Assembly: GCF_006345805.1 (NCBI RefSeq)
Contig: NC_043006.1
Span: 7,254,001 to 7,318,000 of the forward strand
Length of the DNA stretch: 64,000 nucleotides
DNA from: Octopus sinensis
Taxonomy: Eukaryota
Reading direction: 5' to 3'
Each line of letters starts with the position of its first letter. The stretch's first letter is position 1. Both the position numbers and the translations under genes were made by a program. This document shows positions 1-13,269 of this stretch, in pieces. A model generated the notes under the pieces. The model was not told where the DNA came from, did no database searches, and saw only the letters and a list, made by a program, of their open reading frames with translations.

Positions 1-156
1 TAAATACATGCATACATACATCTATACATACATACATACATGCATACATACATACATACATACATACATACATACATACATACATACATAGACAATGAAT
101 CAGACAGAAAGACAGACAGATAAAACAGACAGATTGGCAGATGTATATATATATGT

Positions 157-515
157 GTGGAGGCGCAATGGCCCAGTGGTTAGGGCAGCGGACTCGCAGT
201 TGTAGGATTGCGGTTTCGATTCCCAGACCGGGCGTTGTGAGTGTTTATTGAGCGAAAACACCTAAAGCTCCACGAGACTCCGGTAGGGGGGGATCTCTGC
301 TATACTCTTTCACCACAACTTTCTCTCACTCTTTCTTCTGTTGGCCTGCTCGCTTAGCCAGCGGGGTGGCGTCGTTCGAAGGCTAAAACAATGCGAAGCG
401 CATTGTGATCAGCGATGTGTAGCAACATCTGATGGTCTGGTCGGTCTGATGGTCTGGTCGGTCTGATGGTCTGGTCGGTCTGATGGTCTGGTCGGTCTGA
501 TGGTCTGATCACGTG

Positions 516-517
<2 letters not shown>
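157..517 (+). mobile_element. tRNA-derived SINE group A, tail type 1, with an expanded 17-bp terminal repeat
   Basis: Head ggaggcgcaatggcccagtggttagggcagc...gtttcgattccc has Pol III A/B-box-like motifs. Head and core recur at 14971, 28050-28434 and 60820-61134. Inserted in (TA)n. Confidence 0.9.
429..508 (+). repeat. 17-bp tandem repeat (ctgatggtctggtcggt), 4 full units plus a partial
   Basis: Units start at 429, 446, 463 and 480; partial at 497. Confidence 0.95.
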
Positions 518-548
<31 letters not shown>

Positions 549-618
549 ATATATATATTATATAATATATATATATTATATATATATATATAATATATAT
601 ATATATAGATAGATAGAT

Positions 619-1915
619 AACTTTCTTTGTTGGCCGCACTGAACTGGACACAGAGGGGACAAATGAAAAAGAAAAAGGAAAATAAGGGGAAGAAGTAAAA
701 TTCCGGACAAAGGGGATCCTGTATCACAGAAGAAACTTTAAAAATATATGAAGGAAGTTTAGGTTTATCCGTGGAAAGAAATGCCTACGGAAAAGACCAC
801 GGTAATCTCAGGTAGGGAGGGATTAAACACAGGAGAGCAAAGTGCTCCCTATCTCTCTCTTTACGATTTACAGGATCATGCACAAAGTGGTTTCGTCGCT
901 CGCACGCAACATCTGAAACGTTGACCCACCTTTTATTGAAACTTTCACGGGACAAAACATCTCCATTCTCACCGTTCTTTCCAAGTGGTACTTGAAAAAG
1001 TTGATGAGCGATTGGCCAGCGAGGTAAGTGTTTGTCTCTAATCTTTTCGCTCGGGTCCACCACACACATTCTTTCAGCATGGCCACCAGTACGATGAAGA
1101 CTACCTTGCCTTCCCGGTTGAGGGAAAGTGGCAGAGCAATCATCGCGACAGACTCGGCCGACAGGCGGACCTGTCCCACACGTGACAACAGCCGTTCGGC
1201 ATAAGCCGACAGGTCCGAAATGGCTGGTCACTGCATGAGTGCCTCCAGAATAGTTTCGTCGCTCTGACCGCATCTCGGCCAAGTCGGTCCGGTTTTCTCG
1301 AACCATACCTGTAGAACTTATACCGAAAAGGTAATGCTTCTCGGTAGCACTGCTAGGGTAGGGATCTTTGATAATTGTCCATAGGTCCCGGCCCAAAAGT
1401 TGTCCTGAACAGGCAGGTCAGGTGTTCCTCGTCGACGCCCAAATTCTAACCGAAAACGTAGTCGTATCTCCCCTCCACTAATCCTCTATAGAACGCCTTT
1501 GTTGTAATGAAGTCGCACAAGTTTGTTCCCGAACGGCAGAGTTGCTTGGGAGCAACGCGACACTCGCGGTGCCATTCGCCTAGCCTCGGTCTCTGTTTGA
1601 TCCGCGACTGTAGTTCGGTCAAGGAGACTAGTTGCGGGAAAGCGCGCCGCACAAACGGCAACCACGCCGTTCACCGTCGCGTATTAAGCGCCGGAGATGC
1701 CACAGTTTCAGCGCATGTCTGCGCATCATCAACTATGGAATACCTAGCCCTCCATTTAGCGGGTGATGACAGCAAATGGATCGCCTAACCATTGGCACGC
1801 CTCCCTTTCATAGGAAACGAAGAGTATGTGTTCCAGTTTGGAGATGGTAGGGTCGGGACAAGGCACGACGGTCAGACGGTACTCGATCAGAGATTACTTT
1901 TAGGGCACTTGACCA
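619..1915 (-). mobile_element. Tx1/L1-clade LINE, 5'-truncated ORF2 C-terminus plus 3' UTR, degenerate
   Basis: Minus-strand frames give L*KGGVPMVRRSICCHHPLNGGLGIP (like the L1/Tx1 FLW..GGLGxP motif), ALP.R.K.YR.G and the remains of a CCHC knuckle. Several stops and frameshifts. Homologous to 20832-21726. Ends at (ATCT)n. Confidence 0.85.
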
Positions 1916-2689
1916 TTTAAGAGGATTCCACCAACATCCTACTACTTTATTTCAAAACTTTTGCCATTTAAGCCATGATAAGAGTAGCTTGCGGGCTGGA
2001 CAAAGACATTGATGAGGTGAATGATGATAAGGATGATATTAATGGGGAAAGACAAACAACAGCCGCTTATTTTCTGAGTCTCTAAAACATTATTCTCTTC
2101 TTTTTTTCCACAGAAAATGACAAAACGAGGTAATGAACCTCTTACCTCAGTTTTACACTTTTTGGACTAAAAGTCCACTTAAGAATTGGGGCGTTAAGCC
2201 TCTTAAAGACAATAACATGCAATAAACATTAAACATCATAACACTGAGGCTTTTCAACCTCTTATCATTATTCCTCCCCAACATCGCTTGTGCTCGTATA
2301 CTCCCCCATCCCCCAAGCCTCATTCAAGACCAAGGCGGGATCCGAGCCGGCGTCGCCTCAGCTGCTACTGCTGCTTAAACAATCAAAACCGAGAAATCAC
2401 ATCAAATATTAGGACTTCTACTACCAGCTTCCAAGCCCTCACAAGAGTAAAAAGAAAGACAGAGACAGACAGAAGAAGGAAAAAATGTCCCTTGCATTTG
2501 AAAACGATGGAAATATTTTAAAAAACATTTCATTTAATTTTTCCACAATTTAATTGTTTTTCAGGCTTTACTCTAAGTTGAAAAAGTGGCAAAGCCAGAA
2601 ACCGGTACTAAAATGTTTATGATAAAAGTATTTTAGCATTTTAAACCGTATATTACTTTTCTTATATATATATATATATATATATGCGA

Positions 2690-2790
2690 TTGACTTCTTT
2701 CAGTTTCTGTCTACCAAATAGTTCGGTCCGACGTTATAGTAGATGAGACGTGTCCAAGGGGACACTCAGTTTGACTAACTTGGTAGCATA
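2690..2790 (-). mobile_element. Degenerate SINE group B fragment
   Basis: cttctttcagtttctgtctaccaaat...tatagtaga matches the group B core. Confidence 0.6.
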
Positions 2791-5225
2791 TAGAGTTTGT
2801 TGATATGTTGTGGAAATACTTTTGTGCCTATGATTATGGAGTATTTCCACGATATATTAACAAGCTCTATATCTATTTTGATTATGTTAAGTAAAATACC
2901 GTGTGTACATATATATTAACTTTCATATCCAGTAACATACTAGTTTGTTGAACCAATTAAATATTGACTGAATGAGATTATAACACAAATTGATGTCAAA
3001 TACAAATGCGGAAAAAGAAATTATTTGTGTTATTGAATATGAAAATTATATAAAATTTCAAATTAATATGTTCATAAATATTACAGATGTAATAAATTCT
3101 GGAACAAATATATTTATCGTGTTTAAAATTATTTTGTTGCTGTTCTTCATTTGTTTGCTTGTTTTATTCTTTTAATGTGGTTTTTGCTGATGATAATTTG
3201 TTAAAAGTTATTTAGAATTTATTTTTAGACTTTTAAAACGTTTCATCAATCAGTAATTTTCCTTCTTTCTTTCTTTTTTTTTGGTTTAATTCATAAGAAA
3301 CACAATTGTTTGTAAATGGTTTTAAGTATCTTGATTTTTATTTAGACTTTGGAAACCATTTTGTTTTAGAATGTGCATATCAGTGTTTCTTGAGATAACG
3401 AAATTAGAAAATAAACGTCCATATTCTTTTGGGAAAACAATGTTAAGCAAATGTATTATGAAAGACAGTAAATGTATCCACAGCTGAATTCAGAGACGTG
3501 ATACTCTTTGATTATACACGAGGCAATTTTATTGTTCTATTTCAAAGCTATGTTATATTATTTGTAATGGAAATATATTCAAATATACAATGCATATGCC
3601 TCAGATATTCCAACAATATATCGTCTCTGACATTTTCAATATCCTATATGGTATTAATTTATGAAAGAAAAGAAATAATTTAGTAGAAATCTGATAGCAG
3701 TAAACTGATATTTCGTATAATTTCCTCAATAAATGAAATGAAATTAATATTGGGACAGTTTTCTGCTGCACAGTTAGAATTCATCTACATTCTGACAATC
3801 CGTACTCTACTTCAAATATTGTTTTCCCTGAAATCTATATAAGTTTCTACACTAAAATAATTATGTGAATAGAGACATTTGTCTATAATGATGGAGTATT
3901 GTAAGCAATTTGAGATCAAAGAATATTTAAAATTAACGCTTCCGTTATTTAGTATCGATTACTCATTAAAAATGTATAATTTCTCAAATCACAATCATTT
4001 CCACAACAACAGAGTCGTACGTTTAGAAATGGAAATCAAATCTACAGGGAAAATAGAGTTTATATTTTTAAAATCACATGTTCGCGTATGCTTTCAAAAT
4101 ATTTCTCCATATTTTTCAAAGTTATTACATCAATACAAAGGGTTAATATGTAATGCAAGTGAATAAATTAGAATGCTGAAAATAGCAATCAGTACGCAAA
4201 GCAAATTAGCTTTTACCTCGATTCTCCAATGCTTTTAGTAATGTAAAATCTATTATTATCATAAAAGCAGCTTTGCGGATAAACTGCTAATTGGTTCCTA
4301 TCAGATTTCGAGGAATGAGTTTCAAATTAGCTAATGCGAACCAATTGCTTTTAGAACCGAAAGATTCATTGTTGTTTATTGTTTTTTTTTTAGATTAATA
4401 TAATTAAAAATTCAGAAAGTTCTTAATAATGAAGGTGTCATCTTAAATGATAATCTTCAGACAGATTATATTTAGAAATGTGTGATAAGAACCCAGACTA
4501 AGTAAGAAAACCCGCTACTTCATAAGTCTGCAACGTAATTTTGATATCTTCTAGATAACTCAGACTCACTCATGCCACAAAATTACAGTAAATACGAGAA
4601 AGAAGGAAAACATTTTTAGAAAACTCTGAGCAAAATCATTAAACCAACGATGCAATCAAAATTTGAACCAGAGATTCTTCCTTTGTACCATTCGTATAAC
4701 TCTAACAGATATAGATTTCCTTAAATAGCATAATTATAGATATATATCCAAGTCCTACAAATCCGTCCCAACGTTCACACAACATTTCTGCAGAGCAATC
4801 ACATTGGTCATAATTCGATAAATCAAAGTTTTCTAACTTCCAGTAACCCACGTGTCGAAAATATTAGGATAGATCTACGTTTTCCTTCCGATAATTAATT
4901 ATCGAAAGGAAGTCTCATATGGCTCCTTTATCGATAAGTCGATATATCAAAATTTTCTTTCGTCTTGTAACATATGTGGTTAAATATTTCGATACTTAAA
5001 TGTTTTCCTTCTTCAATAACCAATGTTCCAATTCATTCAGCGAGAATAATGGCAAAAGAATGAATGACATGTTAACCTTAATAAATCTCACTCAATATGA
5101 ACTTTGAACTCTCTGAATTTTGTGGGGTTGTACGTGTTTTACGTATGGTAGTTCGGGCTTCTGTACGAGTGACAGGTGTTAAAGGTGCACAGATGAATTT
5201 ATGAAGATTTTTTTAGCCAACATAT

Positions 5226-5268
<43 letters not shown>

Positions 5269-5389
5269 ATTTTAATTAGATAAATAATAAAAAACTAATT
5301 TGAATAAACCAATCTACTACTGGATATCCCTCAACGTATTGCTCGCTGTATTTAATGCAAATCAGAAATGTATTTAAATGATAAATAAT

Positions 5390-5429
<40 letters not shown>

Positions 5430-7259
5430 GTGTGTGTGGTGCGTGACAGATAGGAATTCAGTAACAAAAATACACAGTTAAATGTTGTCTCTGTGAACAT
5501 ACAGTACAATAACATTACCTGTGAATTAAAGCAACTGGAGTACAACAGGTTATCAGTTATTTGCTCCCTGCATCAAAACATAGCTTCCTAATATAATAAC
5601 GTCGAAGAGGTGCCACTGTAAAGTTGTATAATACCACTGTGTATGTGGTAAAGTAATTGGTTACACGTATCTTAAACCGTATGTATAGGTAAAATTGATT
5701 TCTCCAGTGAAACTTTCGAGGTGGTATTTATCGAAATAAGCTATGAAGCCATGGTTTTGAAAATCTAATTAAATAAATTGGAATTTCAAAGATGGTAATA
5801 CATTTATTTTTAATGGAGAAGCAAAGTTTTCAAAATTGTAGGACATCTTTCTGAGAAATAGTCCTAATACACTGGTTCAGAAGAATCGTTACGCTTCTTG
5901 GTAACTTCGCAGGTGGGAAGTTTGCTAGGTGCGTACTTTCAAGGCGGTATGAAGCAACATTTTTTATATAAGAACTGAAGGAGGGAAGTTTGCATATTGA
6001 TTAGAAGTCAAATAATCTTCGATGATCAGATTGGACACCAGCAAGAGGGACTACCACACCCGAAGAACAGTGGTTATTGCCAGTGAGGATTAATTAAACT
6101 TTTAATGATGTAATATTTTATTAAATGGATATTTATATAGAAAATTATATAAATATATTGGCTTTCACATTAAATCCAAAACGAAACCATGTGTAAAGGT
6201 TAAGACTGTTCCTCAATAAAAATAGGCATTGAACAATAACTGCCTATTTTAATTAAACACATTGGACCTCAATGAACATCTTCTGTAACTAAAATAAATT
6301 TCTCAAGTCACGAAAATAATTACCTGTATTCTTTACCTTTGGCTAAATATCAGATAAATATCAACTGTTTCTACTGTGGTTTGGACAATCGCCATTTTAC
6401 GCTATTTCCTACATTTCTTCAGAAGCGTTTCCAGACGGCGTGAACTAACAATTCTACGCATCATTAACGTTTTGATGAAAACACACATATTTTACTTTGA
6501 AAGTTTGCACTATATTTAGAGCTTCTAGTTAGCATTTGGCAACCGCTCTTTAAATGGTCTCAAATTTATCTTTAAAATTATTAGTGTTTACATACATTCA
6601 TATCTCAGAGTCCAATTACCATTGGCATAGTTTCTATGTTACTTTGCTCTATGCCAAAGGCTAGTTGCCTTTTCACATTTGATATGAGTCATAAACTGTC
6701 ATTAATTGTATATTTTATTTTCTCGAAGCTTAAAACATTTTTCTTGTATTTCCTTTGTCAGTAAACTTGGATAACACGATATTTAATACAGAAGCACACA
6801 AATATCATTATAGTATTAATTACTTTTCCAGCTGTTTTGATATATATTACTATCATTCGTGTGAGTGAAAGATGTTTGTGCGTGCTTTCTGCAAGTATAT
6901 GGTTCTGCGAATGTGTATATGTGTGCGCGCTTGCGTGTGTGTTTATGTGTGTGTATGTGTGTGTAATTGGTGTGTGTAATAAAGAGTTAATGTGTGAACA
7001 TTTGTTATAAAAGTTTTAAAAAAGAGAAATAAATAAACATGGTTTGTTGGAAAATCGCCATAAAGTAAATACATATTTTACTGCCAAAGCATGTAAATCG
7101 TTGTTTATTACATTTCATATTATATAAACCCTCTATACATCTACTACTTTGTGTGAAACACGTTGCATATAAACTGTTATATCCTATGCATTCCGTTTGA
7201 AAAATTTTAGTAAGGCTTTTGCATGAATGAAATATTTGAATAACTAAATGTATGAATAT

Positions 7260-7710
7260 GATACCAGCGTGATTTCAGATGGAATCTGATCCTTCCAAAA
7301 CATTGACATAAAAACATATAGAAAAGTGAAACACAATAACACACCAACTCTGTAAATACTACCATATGTATCCGCATACAACCACAGAAACAAGCATTTA
7401 ACATCATTGTCTAAAATTTCCCAATACTCCATAAGGATTCCATAACTGAAGGAAACTCTACGTACCCATAAAATCATTAAAAGCAGTAAACAACCAAACA
7501 CATTGAAGATTATCTTCACAGATGCTAAATTATTTTCAAGAATAACGGACACAAGAGTAAAAACTTATGGTCGTCCTAACTGCGGAACATCTCCCAATCT
7601 TTTGGAAGGATCAGAATTCCATTTTAGACAAGGCCAAGAATCACTTGCACCTCTGAAAACCTCATTTATGTTATCAGATCCTCGGGCTGCCATAAGAACC
7701 ATACATATAG
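7260..7710 (+). mobile_element. Penelope-like element fragment (RT-endonuclease linker), degenerate
   Basis: Peptides ILPYVSAYNHRNK, KSSKQPNTLKIIFTDAKL and RVKTYGRPNCGT resemble the PLE linker upstream of the GIY-YIG domain. Frameshifted; ends at (TA)n. Confidence 0.65.
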
Positions 7711-7714
7711 GATC

Positions 7715-7767
<53 letters not shown>

Positions 7768-8171
7768 GCACACACACACGCATATATATATTACTGGTGA
7801 AGGCCAGTTTATTGTGTTAACCTGAGTTTCTCGCCATAAAGGGTACCTTTATAACATATTTTCAGGCTCTGACTTTTACCTTCATTACGACAGGACGCGT
7901 AGCTCAAGGAAATGAGAACAACATATCCCGTAGCCGATGACAAGCAGCAAAGGGAGATAATCCCCATTGTTTGTGTCTGTATCGTTCTCCACTCCATAAA
8001 TTAAAGAGGCCATAGGCCAACTGGACTTTGTGTCTGAAGATACGTTGTAAAGGTAACTTTATGGCGAAAAACCAGGGTAACCCAATAAACCGGCCTTCAC
8101 CACTAATAAATGCAGACTGGTCTACTTCTTATAGTGTGCTTTCTCTCCAGATTTATGTTTTCCTAACAAAA

Positions 8172-8207
<36 letters not shown>

Positions 8208-8276
8208 TAAATGAAAGACGGAAGATGGAGTACACGAGACTTAATTTTTAATTAATCACTGCACAGCTATATAATT

Positions 8277-8693
8277 AGGTGCAGGCGTTGCTGTGTTGTA
8301 TGAGACTTACTGCCCAACCACATGGTTCCGGGTTCAGTCCCATTGCGTGGCGCCTTGGGCAAGTGTCTTCTAGTTTATCCTCGGGCCGACCAAAGCCTTG
8401 TGATTGGATTTGGTAGACGAAAACTGAAAGAAGCCCGTCATATGTATATATGTATATGTGTGTGTCTATTTGAGTATTTACGTTTGTATTTGTACCACCC
8501 ACCGTAGCTTGACAGTCGATGGTGTTATGTTTAGGGGCCTTTAAACTGGCGCTTCGGCAACAGAGTCCGATAAAATAGGTACTAGACTTACAAAGAATAA
8601 GTCCTGGTGTCAATTTGCTCGTCTAAAACTCCCTAAGGTGGTGCTCCAGCATGTCAACAGTCAAATGACTAAAACAAGGAAAAGAATAAGAGA
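8277..8693 (+). mobile_element. SINE group B (tRNA-like head, internal microsatellite, AAAAGAGT-type tail)
   Basis: Diverged full-length copy: head tggttccgggttcagtccc, core ccttgggcaagtgtctt, tail cagtcaaatgact. Confidence 0.88.
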
Positions 8694-8708
8694 ATATATA
8701 TATATATA

Positions 8709-8948
8709 TGATGGCTGCCCCTCGTTATCGAGTATGGCCATTGCACGAAGCTTAACTGTTATTGGTGCTGTGATCGAATGTGACTTTTTAGCTCAGCTAA
8801 AGATCTACAATGTCTTGTACAGAATTGGCAGCTAAAACCTTTACCGGTAATAGCCGGTTGTAGTTGTAACTGGTCTTCATGTACCTTTGCATGCCGTTTA
8901 AGTCCTCCTGCCAAATTACATCCTCTTCCACATGCCTAACAGATATAT
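8709..8948 (-). mobile_element. RTE-type LINE 3' end with two C2H2 fingers
   Basis: Translates as YIC*ACGRGCNLAGGLKRHAKVH...FSCQFCTRHCRSLAELKSHIRSQHQ* (stop at 8759-8761), followed by a short UTR atggccatactcgataacgaggggcagcc. This layout is typical of RTE ORF ends. Confidence 0.7.
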
Positions 8949-9124
8949 ACTTTTATATATATATTTGTTGAAATGGAAAGATGAATTTTCTTGTTACAGA
9001 TTATTAAAAAGTTTAACCGATACCTGGGTAGCAAACATCACAGCAGAAAAAAACACATGTGTAGAATGTAATAAAAGGAATTCTGTACAATCTTCGTTCA
9101 ACTCCATTTCTTCCATTCACTACT

Positions 9125-9160
<36 letters not shown>

Positions 9161-9209
9161 ATATATTATATATATATATAGATATATATATATATATAAT
9201 ATATATATA

Positions 9210-9240
<31 letters not shown>

Positions 9241-9375
9241 AATACACACACACACGCACACACACACACACCACACACATAATTATGCAATGATTTCTTA
9301 CCTGAACTATTATTTTCCGAGATTTCTACTTGGCATATTCCACACACATACGCACACACACACACGCACATATAC

Positions 9376-9446
<71 letters not shown>

Positions 9447-9480
9447 AAGAGAGAGAGTGTGTGTGTGTTTGTGTGTGAGT
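9125..9480. repeat. Compound microsatellite (TA)n/(CA)n/(GT)n/(GA)n
   Basis: Direct reading. Confidence 0.95.
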
Positions 9481-10149
9481 GTGTACTTTGGGTATGGTAG
9501 ATGAGTTCAGCAAGAACTTAGATTCAGATGAAATAGGTACTTGAGATGAGGCACCAGAATTTAGTACGGTATTATCCATACAATTTCAAAGTAAGGTGAT
9601 TAAAATCAAAATAAGTAACACGGATATCCAGAGGTAATGCAGTACGATCGTTTCATGCAACTCCATTTACTTGAACAATGCAATCATTATATCAATCTAA
9701 AATGCAGAGCAATGTTCAGCTGCATAAAGATATAAAATTTAATTAAATTTGAACAGATGGACACATCAGTATAATTATACCTAAAATCTTCAAGATATAG
9801 ACAACGATATAGACAAAGAATATGGTGTGTCACTCCAGCTTAGAAGTTACTGAATTTTCAAGAAGATATACAATGTTACTGACTCTGCCTGTCACTGATT
9901 TTTTTGTTTGTATAGGTTCAGTTTTAATTTATAGACTAGTTTATCAAATCCCTTTATATCTAAGGCTGAGAGAACAGAGAGCAGTATCAGATACCAAATG
10001 CCTCATACATCGCTTTCTTTTAAATAAAAGAATGCAGCACGGGTGCATGCGAGCTTGCATATGTATAAAATGATATACAGTGGTATATTGACAGTATTTT
10101 GCATAAATATTTTCTGCATTGCATCTTACGCAACGTATTCTCTTATACC

Positions 10150-10702
10150 TCTTCAAGCCTCTTCTCCTTATCTCCTCAAAGATATACAGCATCTCGAAAG
10201 AGTCCAGAAGCTGGCTACCCGCATGGTTCATGGTCTCAAAAATTTGTCCTACGAAGAAAGGCTGAGGACGCTCGACCTTTATTCTCTTGAAAAACGCCGC
10301 CGCCGTGGTGATCTCATTCTCGCCCACAACATCATCAGCGGAAAGTGTAACCTCTCGAAAGAGCTGTTCTTCACTCCTGCTCCAGAGCGTCGGCTGCGGA
10401 GTCATTCCGAAAAGCTCTACCTCCTGCGACGATTTCATCTCAATCGAAGGAGAGGAGCTTTCTCCGTCCGGGTTGCGGATCCGTGGAACAAGCTGCCAGA
10501 CGAGATGGTAAAGATGCCGACGACCGCTTTGTTCAAAGCCTCCCTGGACCTCAAGTGGCCTGAACTCTTTACATGAACACCACCCTCAAGTGGCCTGAAC
10601 TCTTTACATGAACACCACCCTGTACTTAACTCCATGTCCCCCTACATGGCCTTGCTATTTGCTTTTGAGCCAATTAACTAACTAACTAACTAACTAACTA
10701 AC
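10150..10702 (+). mobile_element. CR1/L2-type LINE, 5'-truncated 3' end with (TAAC)7 tail
   Basis: Open frame HLERVQKLATRMV...LYSLEKRRRRGDLI...FSVRVADPWNKLP to the stop at 10576. 3' UTR stem-loop ccatgt/acatgg at 10632-10649. (TAAC)n at 10675-10702. Candidate TSD atacc at 10145 and 10703. Confidence 0.9.
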
Positions 10703-10959
10703 ATACCGCTATAATTAATGTTTGTCATTCAGGCACAAGGCCAGAATTTTTGATACAGGAACATACGATCTTTGTGGCTTTCGTCACTGTTTACAATTTT
10801 GTTCCAGTTGTTTTCAAATTTGGTATATCGATTAAGTTTTGTTTACTAATTATGAAAAGGCAATTCATTTTCCCTATAAATCCATAATTAAAATGTTATC
10901 AGCCATTCAAATTTGCTACATTTGGGCAATTTAAGAAATCAGAAGCGAGTATGTTACAC

Positions 10960-11135
10960 ATCACCGCGGCGAAAATCTCTGTTTCCATAGTAACCAAAGA
11001 TGTGCATGCGCACAAGGAGGAGGAGATACGAGAAAGACAATCTTCTACTATAATAATACTCTTGTATTTTTCTCCGTCACAACATATGAATGAGAAAGGC
11101 AGGAGTGATGGCAAAGTGGTAGTGGAAGCGTGAGT
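10960..11135. promoter_or_regulatory. Candidate Pol II promoter: RFX X-box plus NRF1-like site
   Basis: GTTTCCATAGTAAC (10981-10994) fits the X-box consensus. TGTGCATGCGCA (11001-11012) is an 11/12 match to the NRF1 palindrome. Locally CpG-rich; donor-like gc|gtgagt at 11129/11130. Confidence 0.5.
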
Positions 11136-11991
11136 ATATGTGGGTGTATGTAAAGGGGAGGTATGTAATTTTTTGCGTGCGTGTGCGCGCGCGCGTGCGA
11201 AGTAGAAGTGGGATGTTGAACATTCAACACTGAAAAGAAAAGTCAAACAGCGTTTCAACTCTGTGTGTGTATGTGTCAATGTGTGTGCCTGTGACAGCAC
11301 GACGCCAGCTAGTTTATTTCCTAAAATCCTAGAGTGTGTTGCAAACTACCGTTCTCAAATGTTTTAAACTAATAAATATCTGTTTTAAACAATCTTTTGA
11401 CTGTTGTTTCTAGCAATATCTTGACATGCCGATGCCCCACAACCACAACCACCATCACCACCATCATCCCCACCTGATGATGAAAGTGGCAGGGAACTCG
11501 CCGTTTTCTGATTGGCAGAATATTCTGAAAATGATCAAACTATGAACACCTTTCTCAAACATATTCTCAAAATTCTTCTCGAATAAATATAACAAACTCG
11601 GATTAAGCGTCAAATATTTTAAAAATACAAACCACGAAGATCCGGGACTTAGTACAATGACTGAAGGGCTAATTTTTTCCTATATCTAATTGATCCCTTA
11701 GAAATGAAAGAGAGATTTAAACTCTGCGGAATTTGAACTCAGATGAATAATGTATAGAATAGATTCTCCGGCGATCTGATGACTCTTCCAATTCACGCAT
11801 CAAATACTCACCAGTAAAAATCAAATATCAATGCGTATATATTTTGCTAAATAATATGAATCTGCAAAAAAAAAAAAATTTATTATTTTCCGATGTGAAA
11901 TACAAGAACGGCGCTTTAATACCCCACGTGTGTAAGCTGTTTTGTTTATATCTTTGAAAACCGAATGTTAATTATAAAACAATGAGTACAA

Positions 11992-12390
11992 GGCGGCGAG
12001 CTGGCAGAAACGTTAGCCCGCCTGGCGAAATGCATAGCCGTATTTCGTCTGCTGTTACATTCTGAGTTCAAATTTTGCCAAGGTCAACATTGCCTTTTAT
12101 CCTTTCGTGGTCGATAAATTATGTACCAGTTACGCACAGGAGTCGATATAATCGACTTAAACCGTTTGTCTGTCCTTGTTTGTCCGCTCTGTGTTTAGCC
12201 CCTTGCGGGTAGTAAATAAATAGGTATTTCGCCTGCCGTTAGGTTCTGAGTTCAAATTTCGCCGAGGTCAACTTTGCCCTTCATCCTTTCGGGGTCGATA
12301 AATAAAGTACCAGTTTCGCACTGGGGACGATGTAATCGACTTAATCCCGTTGTCTGTCCTTGTTTGTCCCCTCTATGTTTAGCCCCAGTA
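11992..12390 (+). mobile_element. SINE group C, head plus two body units, with TSD
   Basis: Head ggcggcgagctggcagaaacgttagc, B-box gagttcaaatt, core gcctttcatcctttcggggtcgataaa. TSD-like tataaaacaatg(a/t)gtac at 11973-11989 and 12394-12410. Confidence 0.92.
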
Positions 12391-13269
12391 ATATATAAAA
12401 CAATGTGTACGTTTCGTAATACCCACAAATCCTTGTTTGTATTTAAATCGTTATGTTTAATGTGTTTTATATTCAAATAAAAATACCAAATTATTTTTCA
12501 TGTAGTGATTTAAAATCTCCATATATTTCGAAAAAAAAAAAAACATTTTCAGCCATGTGTATCACATCTAATCCTTTTAATTACCTTTCAACTTCTTTTC
12601 TAGTCATTTCTCCAATACGGGTATGAAACAATTTCGAATGGCTTCACTAGCCAACTTTAAATAAATTTCACGATATTCTTTATAACAAAACCATGCATGA
12701 TTTGAGTTTATAATCTGCTGTTCATTACGTAATCAATTAGTAAGATTTTAGAACATAGTTCTGTTGAATATTGTCCGACACATTACGTCAAATGTTCTGA
12801 TGCTAATGATATTTAATTTCGCCAAATATATTATGACATATATTGCTTTTGAGACTGAGACAGACAGGCAGACAGATATACAAACAGACGGATAGACAGA
12901 CAGACATGAATGCAAGCAGATAAACAGAGAGAAGATGATTTAGTGGGTAGACTATCGGAAGTTAATAACAGGTCCGGACTATACTGGTGATAAGGAGCCC
13001 TTTCAAAAGGTTGAACGCCTATAACTAGACAAAATTACCAATCCAAGCAACGTTAGACTTCTTAACCCACATGTCCTTAGCTTGGTTTTGGCTCTGTAAG
13101 ATGAATTTGGTGAAGATGCATTACATAATGAGCGTAATTTCAGTGATTCTACTGCAACATAATTCATTCAAAGAATCGTCAATGCAATGCAGCAATAGTA
13201 AAACAGAAGGTTACAGTACGTTCAAAATTATTCATTTCTATATGTATAAAGCTGAAGTTGTCTGTGTAT

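Noticed and set aside
429-508. Repeat array as a CRISPR candidate (also the SINE-C units at 37.6-38.5 kb)
   Set aside because: No unique spacers, no cas genes, and a eukaryotic context.
4882-4911. 30-bp near-perfect palindrome; also a 10-bp stem at 6219-6250
   Set aside because: Short, AT-rich, no TSD or second copy; plausible by chance.
5098-5110. TGAACT-T-TGAACT nuclear receptor DR1-like site
   Set aside because: An isolated motif with no supporting context.
9125-9240. Mirror-placed TT and AA interruptions in (TA)n suggesting fold-back
   Set aside because: The pattern does not hold in other TA runs (516-605, 19650-19755) and could be slippage or sequencing error.
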